DNA from: Felis catus
Lineage: Eukaryota
Direction: 5' to 3'
Assembly: GCF_018350175.1 (NCBI RefSeq)
Contig: NC_058368.1
Coordinates: 204,726,001 to 204,790,000 of the forward strand
DNA: 64,000 bases
Shown here piece by piece: positions 23,528-38,625 of the stretch. Positions within the stretch are counted from its first letter, which is position 1, and every line of letters starts with the position of its first letter. The translations under genes and the position numbers were made by a program. Below the pieces are notes generated by a model. It saw nothing but the letters and a program-made list of their open reading frames with translations. It ran no database searches and was not told where the DNA came from.

Positions 23528-26206
23528 GGTCTTGGTCCTCCTTCAGTCTGTTCTCAACACAGTCCTCAATACACTTGTCACAGTGGTTACTTTCACACTT
23601 GATTTAGAGCATATCACTCATATAAAACCCTCCACAGCCTTCCTATCCCACTCCAAGTGGAAGCCAAAGTCATTCAATGGCTTCAGGTGAAGCCATTCAG
23701 GTACCATTCAGGTACATTCAGATACCATTCAGGTACTGGAGCTTTGCCTCTCAGCTCTCTCAGATGTGGCCTGTTCCAGGCCCCTCCTGGCTCACCCTGC
23801 GGCAGGTCCTCCCCAACCACGCTGTTCCTCAAGTGAGCAAAGGCAAGCTCCCACCACAGGAGCTTTACCCTAGCTGTGCCCTCTTGTTGACATGATCTTT
23901 ACCTCAGATGGATACAATGTTCTCTCATTTTTTTTCTCTCCCAGCAAAGCCAGCTCTGATAACTCTACTAAAATTGCAACCTCTCCTGCATGCCTCTTCT
24001 CCTTCCCTATGTTAGTTTTCTTCATAGCCTTGTCTCTCTCCACCCCTATTGGGATAAGATCCCACGAGGGCAGACGTTTTCCTCTCCTGGCACCTAGAGA
24101 TGTACTTGGCCCGAGGAAAAGACTCAATCGAAATTTGCTGAATGAATGAATAACAAATGTCTAATAATACAGTGCTTTAAATCCAAAGACAAGCCCTGTA
24201 AGGTAGTAGGATACTCTCGTAATACATGAGGACGCTGAGGCCCATGGTTGTCATCTTCAGATCTATCAGGCTTACCTTGTTCCTTGCTGTCTCCCCCTCT
24301 CAGCTCCCTCCCTCCCTGCTATGGTTGTAACATCCGTCATCATCTTCTGTCTTGGTTATCACAAAGCCTTCTAACCTCTATCTTTGCTCCGTGCTACTCC
24401 AATCTACTCTCTCCACTGCAGGACGGATTTTCCTGAGACATTAGTAATGCGACCGTACAACTTTGAGATTAGGAACATGGACTCTGGAGTTATGCTGCAT
24501 AGGTTCAAATCTCAGCTCTGCCTACTAGCTGTTTGACCTTGAGTTAGCCTTTAAATGCTCCGAGCCTCAGTTTCATCATCTGTAAAATGGGGATTATAAC
24601 AGAATCTATCTCACATGGTTATTATACCCGACCCACAGGTAAGGGCTTTGTAAGTGTTAGTTAGCTATTACTATCCCCAGGTCATTTTCCTTCTTAAATA
24701 TCTTTAAATGCACCTCTTGGCAGTAAGATACAGTCTTATCTTACTGGATACACTTATGATTTCACATAGGAACACTTACGATTTCTCTTGGCTGATCAGT
24801 CAGGCCTGCCTAACCGAGGCCGTTAGGTCTCCTGAGTCCTTCAACATTCTGTGCTGTTTGTCACTTCCGGAACTTAGTAGTTGTTGGAAGACACAGGCCA
24901 GCCTGTATACTTGGCAGCTCCCACTGATGCTTTCAGAAGGAAGTGAACTGCCACAATTTCTGGGCACCCCTTTCTCATCCCTCAGGCCCAGTCAATCATC
25001 TGTATCTTTGGCCACTACCTCAGCTTACTACGTATTCCACACACCTTGAGTCCAGCACCTAAGACACGGTACTGCGGTTATTTAACACATTGGACTCCCC
25101 TACTTGACCATATCTTACTCATTCTGTAGCCACCATACCCAGCACAGTGTTCAGGGCATGGCAGGCCCTCAGTGAAGGCCAGTCACAGAAATGAGTGGGG
25201 CTAGCTATTGGCAGGGTCAGGATTAGAACATGGGTCTTGACCCGATATTCTTACTACTACCTATTCAGCCATTCAAAAGCTACATCTATTGATATTGGGG
25301 CATACACTGAATAGTCTCTCCAAGTTAAGCAGTTGGGTTCTCTTTTCTGCTTGTTCTTCTCTCTGACAGGCTATCAGATTTACTTGTTTCTGCCTGTAGC
25401 TTCTAGCCACATTCGCTCAGCCTCTTCTAGTCTGCTGATGCCTGGGAAACCACACACAAGCTTGTAAGAACAGCACGTCTCAGAGGAACTTCAAGGAACT
25501 TCTATCTATAACAAATGAGCCTTTGTGGATAGAGTCTGAGGCACCAATGTCATCTACTCAAAGTCCTTCTTTGGTTCTCTATATTTTGCTGTTTACACTA
25601 TTCTAGTATAAACATAAAAATTCCAATTACAGTTGTTTGTTTTGTTTTGTTTCATTTCCCCTTGTGTCCGCATGATGGGCAAGGGATAATCTGTCTAGAT
25701 CTTTCATTTAGTTCACTGAGCTGATTATCTCCAATGTTTGTCTTGAGGTCTTTTAAACATGTTTTTAAACCGATTTGGGGTTATTTTGTAACTATAAAGT
25801 TCCAGAATTATTATGCCTTGTGATAAAGAAAATCTAGGCTTTGGTTATAGCAATGATAGGGATCAAAGGTCAACATATGTCAGATCTGAATATAATAATC
25901 CTATTGAATAATTAGGAATGAAGGAATCGTGGGAGTATGCTGAGTTTGTCTCTTGTGGTGGCACCCAAGAACACAATTCAGCTTTCAAGATCTCCTCAAG
26001 GAAAAGACTCTGGAAGGCTCCCATTCTTTTCTCGACAACATTTACCGCCATTTATGTTAGAGCCGACTTAAGTCCCCCGTGCCTTCTCTCTCTTGTTCGC
26101 TGGCTGATCTCATGCCCTATAGAGCAGACTTCCATTCACCTAGATTACAATGACCAAGGCTTCCTACTTGAACACACTTGGACATTGAGGCTTCCCGGCT
26201 TACTTA

Positions 26207-26476
<270 letters not shown>

Positions 26477-28764
26477 TCAAAGCGAAGAGCCCGACAGTCA
26501 GATTCAATAAACTGGAACACAAATATTTTACAAGCAAGTATTTTAGCAGCACCATTTCCAAGAAGTACCCCATCTGTGGACATCATCCATAGTGTCTGCA
26601 GACCGAGAGGAGGCCATTTGGGACATGGACTATAGCAAAAGCATCTGTTCATTAACTGCATACGAAGTGCCAGCTCCCAGATTAAGTCATTTGTGGTTAG
26701 GTACTTTATTGTCCACATTTTACAGATGAGGGTTCTGAGGCTTAAGGAGGTCTAAAATGTTCCTTTATTAAAAACACTCCAGAGGGTCATCTCCCAAACT
26801 GTAAAGATTCCCAGAATACAATGGCTCTTTGGACTGGGTGTTTCCTCAGCTCATGGTGGAACATCCTGGGGAGGCATGTTCTCCAGGAGGAGTGACACTG
26901 AGATTTGGGTGGCTTTGAGGTGGAAAATTACCACACTACTCGGAATCACTATCATCTTCCCAAGGCTGTCTTATGCTTGGGCGAGTTATCCTGATGTCTT
27001 GAACTCCTTCCCATACTCCTGGTTCTTTCCTTAAGTGTATGAAGAGCCTTGGGAACACTGTAAACATGCTAGGCATCCAGGTGACATTTACGAAGCATGG
27101 GAATCCCAGCCTTTTTCTCCCCACCCGTAAACGAGACCAAAGGCCATGAACCCAGAAGTTAAAAAAAATTTTTCCAAACCTAGAAAGCAATTTTTTTCTA
27201 TTTTGTAATTAGAGTGAATGTTTACTTATAATATAAAAAATGGAAACAAAATGGGCTCCACTGAATCCATGTGCTTGCCTATCTGTTCCTTTTTGTACTT
27301 TCTCTAAGAAAACAAATTCATATTTTCCTATATCTTGGATCTGATAAAAACACACAAACAGACAAACACAACAAGTCATGGAGGAAAGATGGCCACATGG
27401 AGGATACCGAAGAAATCAGAGAAGCCACATCTCTGTAATTACACTCTGCCATACATTTATTCACTTCCGTCCTACTCTACAGAAAGCATCATTTACCCAG
27501 ATGACCTAAAACACTGGCAGGGTGTGTGAGCTGGATGGAAAAGAGATGCTGGGAAGTTCACTGTGGAAGGAAGCAGAGGTTTGGGAAGGGAAATTCCCTG
27601 GTCAGCTGCCATGGGGACCTGAACAAAAATGCAGAGCCACCAAGGATTGCCCAGACTCAAGTCCACCACAGCAAGAACAGAGCAAACACGTGCTAGGATG
27701 TGACACAGCTCTCCAGAGTCCCATCCCTCTGGCTGACTGAATGAATGAGTTCAGCAAGCCATCTTTGGGGGGCCTACTATACAAGTACTACAGAAGCATT
27801 ACATCTGGCACTAGCACTGTGTGGATACAATGGTGAATAAGATTTCATTCCTACCTTCAGGCTAGAAGAAGACGCAGAAATTACACCTGAGTACTTTTTA
27901 TTTTTTTCTGTCTCCTGTATTCATTGCGTTCATATTTAATAAGCACTGATTATATATCAAATACTGTGCTGGACATTAAGGGGATGCACGTGTGTCTGAG
28001 GAATGACTCCTGCCTCAGAGGGATGACTAAAAAGCTGTATTACAAAGCATCATGAGTTTGTGCTCACAAATAGTGCTAAAAGTTCAGAAGAAGGAATGAT
28101 TGCTCTGTTCATGGAAGGCTTCAAGGTGGAGGTGGTGTTTCCAGCAAATACATGGCAACAGGGAAAGGAAGGAGGGAACAGAGTAGACAAAGGCATTGAG
28201 GTATGCAAGTATGGGCACGAGTGTGGTGAGGGAAATAGGAGACAATGGAATAAACGGGACAACTTAAATTAGAATTGCTACTTGGGTGGAGTAATTCATT
28301 ATTTGCTTATTATTCATGAGGTATCAGCTGAGAAAAAGGCTTGTAAGTCAAGGAGACATAAAGCCAGGGAGTCTGTGACTGAATGAGAAGAAGGTGGGAA
28401 TGACCTTGTGTAGGCTGAGGTGCTTGGGGCTGGTAGGCCAGACAGTGGGGGGTCTGTGAGACTCCTTCTCAGGGAGGGGTGCTGGGTAGCAGCGAGCGAC
28501 AAGGCTGTGGGGAAGGCAGGGACCGGAAGGAAGGGACGAGGGAGATAACACACACTTCCTTCTTTACAGCTGTTTCTCAGGCTGGTCTATTGGCACTAGG
28601 AGGAAACTTGTGCAGTATGAGGGGGTCCTTGAGACAGGTGCTCATCAGCTGTTGGAAAGAACTTGGGATTAACAGGCCAGTGAACTGTTTCTTAAACTCT
28701 GGTTGAGATTCTCAAAAGTTGCATACCCTTGGATGAGAGGGAGATCCATCCCTGATGGGAAGTG

Positions 28765-28894
28765 TGAGTGGTGTGTGTATACATGCATGTACGTGTGTGT
28801 ATGTGTATGTGTGTGTACGTGTGTATATGTGTATGTATGTGCATGTACACATTTGTGTGTATATGTGGACATGTGTGTGTGCATGTGTGTGTGT
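28765..28894. repeat. Degenerate (TG/TA)n low-complexity repeat
   Basis: Directly visible. Confidence 0.9.
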
Positions 28895-29890
28895 TTAGAA
28901 TAATAGGAAAAGGATTTAAAACGTTAGGGCTAGGTGGGTCATTGACATATAGTATGGTTTATTTTATCTTGACTGTCAAGCTAAATAAAAGTGTATTCGG
29001 GAGAATGGTTTAGCAAGATTGTCCAGAGAAATGAGCCTCTTATTTAATAGCATAAATACAAAATGTATTTAGCATAGTTGATAGTATAAAAGTTAGCATT
29101 AAAATGTAAAGATGTAGAACAGTGCCTGGCAGGTCTGGACTGTAATAGGGAGTTTAGCTCTGTGTGTTTTACGGTTTCTCAACTTGTGACATCCCCATGG
29201 GGATGGGGACTGTATGAAAAATCTTGTTTAGATTATTCCAAATCCATGAGTTCCACAGAGCAAACAACTTAAGCACTTATCTTAAGCACGATGGGTTGAG
29301 AACAGTTAGTTCAAAACATGACTCCCAATGCCCTCCCCATCTTTAACCAAAGTTGAACTTTATTTTAAATAAATATTTAAAACTTCTTTTTAAACTCTTA
29401 AATTTAGACAGAAAAAACCCCCAAGAAACAAATGGACTCACAAAACAGAGACTCTGTTGCCTGCTTTCCCCAGGCAAGCAAAGCCATATGGAAACTACTC
29501 TCCCTTTGTCATGCCTCTAAGAGTTAAGTGCACTACGTTTGTTCCTAGTCTATCTTGTGAAATAGAAGGAAAGCTGTACAATGAGACCATCAGTAAAAAT
29601 CAGAATAAAGAGCAGAAGAAATGCTTTCTATCCAAATGCTGTTCCATCTAGCAACTGGAAGAAAAATCCTAAAAGTAAAACATCACTTATGTTCCAAGGA
29701 CGACTATTTTCATTACATACAGATCATGTGTTTCAGGCTTAAAATTCAACCTTTTCATTGGGGAAAAAAAAAAGTAATAGTGCCCTTTCTCCCTTCTAAT
29801 CTCCCCTACAACCTTGCATGGAAGATCAGCTTCCCTTTAAAAGGCTAGGATATATATATATTGTAAGCATTTGTATTGAAAATGTCCCAT

Positions 29891-30113
29891 GGGGCGCCTG
29901 GGTGGCTCAGTCGGTTGAGCGTCCGACTTCGGCTCAGGTCATGATCTCGAGGTCCGTGAGTTTGAGCCCCGCGTCAGGCTCTGTGCTCACAGCTCAGAGC
30001 CTGGAGCCTGTTTCAGATTCTGTGTCTCCCTCTCTCTCTGACCCTCCCCTGTTCATGCTCTGTCTCTCTCTGTCTCAAAAATAAATAAACGTTAAAAAAA
30101 AAATTAAAAAAAA
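29891..30113 (+). mobile_element. Can-SINE
   Basis: Intact head and A-tail; TSD-like aaa(a/t)gtccca. Confidence 0.92.
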
Positions 30114-31321
30114 AGTCCCAAATTTCTAAATGAAACTTACTGATAAAAACTGAAAAAAAAAAAAAGGCTAGGATAATTGGTTGAGGGGAGTGAGCACGGG
30201 GGAGGGCAGAGGCGTGGGATACAGCCTCAGGGACTGAGACTTCCCACATCCGCCCACTTTCTTCAAAACTAAGGTGTCTGCAGGCAAGGAGCTGAGAGCA
30301 CAGCAACTCTGACAGGTTTCCCCGGAGCCTCCTGTTGTGGTGCCTGTGGTTTGCATTCAGGTGGGGTCCTCTCCCCGCTCGGAGATGAGACCTGGCACCA
30401 CCTCCATCCCAGGGGGGCAGAGACCGCTCCGCATCAGCTGCCCCTCCCTCCAGCTCACCTGGCTGGGAGCAGGGCCAGCCAAGCGTGTGGCTGCCTCTGG
30501 GCCCATCCTGTCGACGGCCTGACACGTTTAGGCTCCTCTGTGCTTTGGTTACCAAGGCCAGGCTGGTAAACAGAAAGCCCAGTGGCGTGGGCCCCTTCTG
30601 TGCCCCTCCCTGTCCCCTCTGCTTCAGTTCTGGATGACATCCTGTCACAGTGTTGTATGTCAGGGAAGAGGGGTCATGGTTCTATACTTCCAGAAGTTGC
30701 CTGGGAACTGAATTCTAAGAAACAACGACAAGGGTCAGAAAGTGCATTTGTAGAGTCCTCTCTGTGCAAGGGGGCCAATGAGAAGTGTAACACATTTGTG
30801 TACTAGACGCTGTGGTCTGGGCCTGACACTCCAGGCCCTTTGATTCTGCCCTTCCTAGATAAACCGGGTGGGGGCTTATGCTATTTTGGCTAAATCTTCA
30901 AAATAATTACAATTTTGTAGAGAAAACAGAAAATACTGGTTTTGCAAGTTTGGGTTGGCTCTGATCACGAGGTTGAAGATGTGACAATTTTTTTTCCCCT
31001 GGGATCCCAAACTCCATTAGGGCAACAGTTAACGACATCCTTCCGAATATGTTCCGGTTTCCCTGCCACCTGGTCACACTTTCTGTGGCATCTCTGTTAG
31101 CACAGAGCCGGGGTTTGGAACCGGGGTGCTGAGAGGCCGAGGGTGGGCAGAGGAGGCCTGGAGGCAAAGGTCTGTGACCCTGACAGAAGAGGGCAAGGAA
31201 CAGATACATATTTGTGAGGGCTTTCTACCTTTCGGGTTATCTTTTTGCTCACGTTCAGATTTGGAGACTATTGGGGTGGTAATAACCCGTTTTCATAAAA
31301 TGGGCCCGACTCTGCTATTTC

Positions 31322-31550
31322 TTTTTTTTAAAAAAAATTTTTTTTTCAACGTTTATTTATTTTTTGGGACAGAGAGAGACAGAGCATGAATGGGCGAGGG
31401 GCAGACAGAGAGGGAGACACAGAATCGGAAACAGGCTCCAGGCTCTGAGCCATCAGCCCAGAGCCCGATGCAGGGCTCGAACTCATGGACCGCGAGATCG
31501 TGACCTGGCTGAAGTCGGACGCTTAACCGACTGCGCCACCCAGGCGCCCC
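31322..31550 (-). mobile_element. Young SINEC_Fc
   Basis: Reverse complement of the same subfamily as the copy at 19898. Confidence 0.93.
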
Positions 31551-33145
31551 TCTTTATCCTGTTTAGCTCATTGTGCCTGCACAAATAACTTGTTTTGTTT
31601 CCACTGAGTTGGCTCTCTGTTTCTGAGGCAAAAACAGAAGAACTGTACCCCCAAAATCTCTCTTCACTCAACAGTCAATTCAACAGGCATTCAAGAGAGT
31701 TACCAAACATATACGCTTCCTGTCTGACTGTATTCACACAATCCAGCTTAGCCTCTTGGCCCCTACCTCTGTGTAGGGTCAGCCATAACAGAGAAAAAGT
31801 GCATTTGGTGCCCAACCTTGTCACCTCCGTGGTTACATCCAGGAGACTGCTCTCATACCCGGGAAGTGGGGAAGGCCAGTAGGGGTTGCTAACTCAAAGT
31901 ATTTATTTGTAAATTGAGTACCCAGTTTTGCACTAAAAATGGTCTTAGAGCACACCAATAATCACTAATAGTAAAGAATCAAAAGTCAATTTGGTAAGCT
32001 CAGGCATTGGATTTCTGTATCATTATTATTTTAAAGGATTACTATATTATAAACAATAATAGCAGCTACCACTTGCTGAGTACGTACAATGTGCCAAGCA
32101 CTGTGGTAAGCGTGTTTCATGTATTATCTAAAACATCCTCACAAGACGTCATGAGACCAGGTCTATGATCTCCGTTTTGCAAATGAGGTGATTGAGTTGT
32201 GAACAAACTACTTTGCCTGGTGTATGCAGTGAGTGCCAGCCAGGCTGAGATGTGGCTTTGTTGGCCCTGAGCCCATGTCCTGAACTGCTCACCGCGTCTT
32301 CACTCCCTTTCCCCACTCCTCAGTGGGGGTAGATGGCATCCTCCTTGGACTGAAAAACACCCCCACCCTGGGGTAAAGGGTCCTGGCTAACCTTACCTCT
32401 CGGCTTAGGCCTTCCCTGGGAGTTGGGTGGAAAAGGGGAAATGATAAAGTGTTTGAACCTAAAACTTTTAAAAAAGCAAAAAGGGACAACATAAGAGTGA
32501 ATAGAAAGGGAAATAATTCTAGGGGAGAAGTCAGAAATAAACTACTTGGGTGGTGATGATACCGAGAGACGCTGTTTCACTCTTCCTCTGTCGTTTTGCA
32601 AGACAACCAGTCAAAATGGAATGGAAAAGTATTACAGTTCCTTACTGAGTATAACTAATTTAACAGGAACATTCACACACTCATGCATGCACACACTCAT
32701 GCATATTCACACTTGCACCTACACTTTCACGCACTCACACATATGCTCACTCACTTTCACACACTCGCCCTCAGACACTCTCATGCACATGCATGTACTC
32801 ACATACAGTGTGGACACTTTTTATCCTCTTTCTGGCTTTTACTTTTCTTAATAACCCATATTACCAGCTGACATTTATTTTTAAATTTTTTATTGTCTGT
32901 CTTCCCCAGTTAGAAATGAAGCCCATGAGTCTAGGGCCTTTACCTTTTCTTGTAATCAATGCTATATCTCCAGTGCCTAAATAGTACTAAACACATAGAA
33001 AGGGCTTAATTAATAATTTTTGACTAAATGAATACATTTAAGTCATCAAAATAAACTATTTCCATCTCCACCACTGCCTGCAGTTCAGTATACTTTCATC
33101 AGAAAATCCATGGAGGAAAAAGTCAGAAAGACACGAAGGCTGCAC

Positions 33146-33275
33146 CTTCTAATATAGAACAGCTGTGTGGATCCTGGGCTCTTGAAGCCACGACGAACCC
33201 CATCTGTCCAGTGGCACGAAAAAGTCTCTAGTTCAGGTGAACGGCACTTGGTGAACTTAGGCTTCCCAGAAGAAT
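33146..33275 (-). CDS. GHR: GHR exon 4 (130 bp): [42 protein letters not shown]
   Basis: Manual translation. Acceptor tgcag|AT, donor AAG|gtgcag. Length matches the known exon 4. Confidence 0.96.
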
Positions 33276-35944
33276 CTGCAGAGTAAGCAGAAAAGGCAAA
33301 GCATGAAATCAGGAGGGTAATGTATGGTCCTAGTAAAACACCTATTTAAAGTGGTAAAGAAGAACCACTTTTTCTGGACACAGTCTTTTCCTGGGTCACA
33401 GTTTCAGAGCTTGTGGCCTGCCAGTTATTTCTCTGTCAGCTCTTGATTCCAGGAGCAAACTGTTTTGTCTTCATTGCAAACATTATTTTTTAGGGCCTAT
33501 TTAAGAAGCCAGAGCTAGAGAGAAGGTTTATTTGGAAGGTGACCCCAGGGACAGGAAGTAAGGGCAAGGAGGAGAGGGAAGGGGAGAGTTACCATAGTGG
33601 CCAACTAGGGCCCAACTTCACAGCGGACCCTCTGAAAAGCTGTAGAGTATGTCCTAGAGAAGGATGGGAGGCTGGGCTGTTTATCCACCAACTCCCACCA
33701 CCCATTGCTTGAAGGCTACCCTGGGGGTGTTCATGCACCTGCACATGGGCTGAAGGTCCTGCCTGACTTGGGAGAGGCCTGGGCAGGCACCTGAAATGTC
33801 CCGGCAAGGTTCATGATGGCGACTGTCCACCACAGATGCATGCACTGACATCAGGTGGGACAAAGGATGTGGCATGGGATCACAGCTTCCACTATAGGGC
33901 CCTTCCTCCCTTTATGGATTGTTGGATAAAAAGCCACTTAGGTTTGCATTCTTTTAAAAGATTCAGCCATTACATGCATTAAATAGATGATGACTAAAAA
34001 ATTCATGCATACGTATGTGTCAACTCTAGTTTGGGAAGTGATGACTGCCCCTAAGTGTTAGGATATTAGCCCAAACTCCTCTGCATCTATGAAATCTGCA
34101 GCAGACAAGTCTGAGGCAAAACCGATTTTTCTATATCAATTCTCATTGTTCTCTGACTTCCATGGCCTTTTTTGGAGATAGCCAAGTTTCTTTTTTCTTT
34201 TTTTCCTCTCCTTATCTGATTCTACTTCAATTATACTGTAAACTTAATATATTTGTTCTCTGATCTAAAGCTCTCATCCCTGAGCAACAGGGAGGCTCTC
34301 AATTTTAAAGTATCTTTATAAATACTTTAAAACATACTTTAAAAATAAATAACATGCAACCAAACACATACAAATTCCTGATTCCAAGTTCCAGGTTCAC
34401 ATCTGGTGTTCTGAACCAAAACATGCCTCCTTTTTTTCCTTTGTCAACCTCATAATGAATGGGATGTTATAAACCTTCTAAATAAATCCATCATTCAACC
34501 ATCCACTCGACAAACACTTACTAAACATCTACTTAGTGCCAGGTTCTCTTCCAAGAGTAGAGCAGGAAACAAAACTGCTAGCATTCTGGTCCTTATGGAA
34601 TTTCCCTTCCGGTGGGGGCTGGGGGGAGGGGGAGTCCCATGTAGAAAAATGAGCAGGGTAAGGACATAATGGGCTGGGAAATAGAGGCCCCATCCTCCTT
34701 CCACTAACACGCATATTAATGCAGCAAAGAAGCTCAGGCTGGGGAAATGTGTCCTTGTTTCTGAACACCTGCTGCCCCAAATAGTCTGGCCACAAGAAAA
34801 TGAATCTTCAGGAAATCCTGAGTTGCAGATAGGTCCTGTAACCTATCTGCAGATAGGGGTGGCAGAATGTCTTTATTAATAAAATTCCATGGTCATATTG
34901 TTGTAAGAAATATTCCTTTTCCTGTATTAGCTAAGGGACTCACAGAGTTTTGGGGAATGGATAGGATCTGCTCGGTACCAAGGGCAGATGGTCAGCCCTC
35001 TCTAGGTGGTCAGCATTTAAGAACCCCCTGAGAGCACTGAAGTGTAGGAGCCTGTGTGAGCTGCTACAAGTGAATATAGTGAACAGGGTGTGTGTTTTGT
35101 TAGGTAAGCACCTATTATACGGTAGAGTATCTGGAAAAGTTCCTTTTTCTATCAGCTGAAGCACTGAAAAGGGTATTTTCAGATCCTTCCAGAAAATAAG
35201 TAATTAATAAAACATATTTAAGCCACAACTACTTTTAATTCCTGCAGGTGTGAGGAGAGTCTTGCATATTGTGACTACTCCTCTGCATACAAAGCAAGAA
35301 GAGGAAATGTGCCGGGTTGCAAAGTGAGAGATCCGTGTTCTAGTCCTGGCTCTGATACTATTTAGCCCTGTTCTTCCCAAGCTGTTTGGGCCTCAGGCTC
35401 CTCAATAGAGAGGCTGGAAGAGATGAGATCCAAGGTACTTTACAACTTCATTTTTACAATGAAATGACATATACCACCACTAATAACAACGTACACAACC
35501 AAAACGTAATTTTGGCATTTGAAACAACCAGAGAGCACCAAAAGGAAACACTACTCAGTTTCTTCTATTCTCTGTGCCACAAGCCTGCCACATCATGGCA
35601 AGAATAGTAAACCCAACTCAAAAACTTGAAACAGAAAGGAAAAAAAAAACCCCAAACTCTGTTAGCTGGGGAGAAAAAAACTTAAAAAATTTAATTTAAA
35701 ACACATTTTTCTTACTTAAACATAGTACTCTTGTTTATTCTGTTTCCTTTTAACTCCAGATGTATAGAAAGCCCTGTATTATCTTCTCATTATACATAAG
35801 AAATAGGAGATTTCTGGTTGTGGTGCTAATGTGATGAAGTGTGTGCCTACACAGGCATTCAGATACAGACCTAGTGCAGCAAAGCTATTTTTAACTTGTC
35901 TTTTTTTGGTGTGTATTTTCACGGTCCACCCTCCTTTCCCTACC

Positions 35945-36153
<209 letters not shown>

Positions 36154-36177
36154 CACATGGGTATGTCCTGCTAAGTG

Positions 36178-36610
36178 CTGTAGACAGGACTAATTCTCAA
36201 TGGCCCCAATGATCCCTGCTTCCTATCATTTATAAGTTTATGTATTTAATCTCCTTGAATAACTTGCTAATCTAATCTACAGAATGTGGCAGCATCGAGG
36301 GGATGTCGCATCTGTGATTAGACTATGAAAACTGTGGCTTCCACCTCAGCAGACTTTCATTCTTCTTGGTTTTGATGAAGAAAGCTGCTGTGTTGGTGAG
36401 AACCACATGAAAAGGGACTGAAGTGGCCTTTGGCCAATAACTAGCAAGAAAATGAGGCCCTTAGTCTAACAACCCTTGAAGAACTGAATCCTGCCAGCAA
36501 CCACACAAGCAAGGATAGAAGCTGATCCTTCCCCAGTCTGGCCTCAGATGAGACCAAGCCCCATCTGGCACTTTGCAGCCTTCTGAGAGTCTGAGTGGCA
36601 GAAGTCCCAA
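36178..36610 (+). mobile_element. MaLR LTR (MLT1-like) fragment
   Basis: Motifs aatggccccaatgatccc and gaactgaatcctgccagcaaccac...ccttccccagtc...cagatgagacc. Confidence 0.7.
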
Positions 36611-37002
36611 CTGATGGGCTAATTTGGAGGAAGGGTAGGGAATAATATTAGCTGAATTCTATTTATACTGAATAAATGAATCCAATATATTAGAACTTGA
36701 AAGTGGTGTTCAACAATGGCATAAGCCACTTTTCTTAGCAAATGGAATGCCTCACGGTGCGTGTGGGGAAGTATGTAACTTCTCTGTTGGAGGCAAGAAG
36801 AACTGTAGTGTAGCTGGCTGCTTAGCTCCTTCTCTGTTGCTTCCTGCTTCAGCTATTACTACTGTGGCTGAAGATAGCTGGCATTTCTAATGTTCAGCTC
36901 CTTAGTGTCATGCTGAGGTTTTTCCAAGTCTAAGAGGTACTGGCCTAAACTTAAAATGAGCACCTCTCTGATTATCTCTGAAAATCCTAGTAGAAGCTTG
37001 CA

Positions 37003-38625
37003 TTTTTTTTTAAGTTTATTTATTTACATTGAGACAGACAGAGAGCGAGAGAGAGAGAGAGAGAGAGAGAGCAAGAAAGTGCACATGCATGCATGCAGGG
37101 CAGGGGCAGAGAGAGAGAGGGAGAGAGAGAGAATCCCAAACAGGCTCTGCACTGTCAGCACGGAGCTGGAGTGAGTCTCAAACTCATGAACAGTGAGATC
37201 ATGACCCGAGCGGAAATCAAGAATCGGATGCAACTGACTGAGCCACCCAGGCCCCCCAGAAGCTTGTTTTACATTTCATTATAAAGACAACAAATGGCTA
37301 TTATACATTCTCAGGTCCTCTCTGATGAGCCACAAACAATAATTTTGAACTAGTATAATTCCTGCTCTTTCATGTTTTTTTTTTTAGCCTAAATCTAGAG
37401 ACAATGTAGTTCAATATCCATTTATAGTATCTCTGTAAAGAGTGTTGCACTTCACAAGAGAGCCTACCTTTGGCCCTTACTAGAAGAATTGAGTATTCTA
37501 ACTCGAGTGGTCCCACATTTTGAAGAAATGTTAGTATTAACACTGATCAGCACTCAAAATCTTGAGAACAGATTTGGTATTTATTTTTATTTTCTCTTTG
37601 GAGCCTTTATTTTGAAAATGTGGATTTTGACTTGCAACTCCATATTTATTTTAGTTATAATTACCATGTTACATACATCACCTTCCATCTTATATCATGT
37701 TGAATACTTTACATATATTGTCTCCTTTAATACTAACAATGATTACAGAAGGTGGGCATTATATCCACTTAGAGATGGGTGAAAAACTGGAGTTTAGAGA
37801 AGTGAGTTGCCCATGTTTATACTGCTGTAGGAAGCAGAGGTGAGACTGAAATACAGGTGGTGTGTGATTTTAGGTCTAAAGTCAGAACTAGCAAAAAAAC
37901 AGTAGCTTTTTTGTTAGACAATTTTCTCTGGCTTCTCAAAAAATTCCCAGAAGGGAAAAATGACAAGCTCAGATGTGCTCTTGATTCAATTCTCAGAAAT
38001 CAGTAACCTGGCAAGCCCTAAGAGCAGCATTTCCTAATTGTAATTGCACAGTGGAATCAACAGGGGAGCTTTAAAAAATACTGATGCCTTGGCCTACTCC
38101 CAGAGACTCGAGTCAATTTGTCTGGGGTGCAGCCAGGTTATCACTATTTAAAACATTTTTTTCAATGTTTATTAATTTTTGAGAGACAGACGGAGACAGA
38201 GAGAGAGGGAGGGAGACAGAGAATCCGAAGCAGGCTCCAGGTTCTGAGCTGTCAGCACAGAGCCCAACACAGGGCTTGAACCCACAAACACTGAGATCAT
38301 GATCTGAGCTGAAGTCGGACGCTTAACTGACTGAGCTACCCAGGCACCCCGGGTTATCACAATTTTTAAAAGGTCCCCATGTGTTTGCAATGTGTTTGCA
38401 ATGGCACAGGCTGAGAGCCATGTAGAGAAATCAAGTTATAAGTAAGCAATGAAAAGTTGGCTTTATACATTATTAGGTTCTCTGATCAGTTCTAGCAGAG
38501 CTTTGTATCAAGAGTAACTCTTGGTTTGAGCACCTGGCTGGTTCAGTTGGTAGAGCATGCAGCTCTTCATCTTGGGGTCGTGAGTTCAAGCCCCACACTG
38601 AGCGCAGAGCTTAAAAATAAAAAAA
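37003..38625. mobile_element. Can-SINEs at ~37003-37257(-), 38155-38350(-) and a short copy at 38530-38625(+)
   Basis: SINE consensus motifs. The 38155 copy sits in a MER5-like element. Confidence 0.85.

Noticed and set aside
30013..30648. 211-aa minus-strand ORF in intron 4
   Set aside because: No recognisable domain. It runs through a GC-rich patch and ends in a SINE, so it is most likely a chance ORF.
33500..33895. Possible ancient ERVL-type LTR fragment upstream of exon 4
   Set aside because: Only a vague resemblance; I could not define termini or a TSD without a repeat search.
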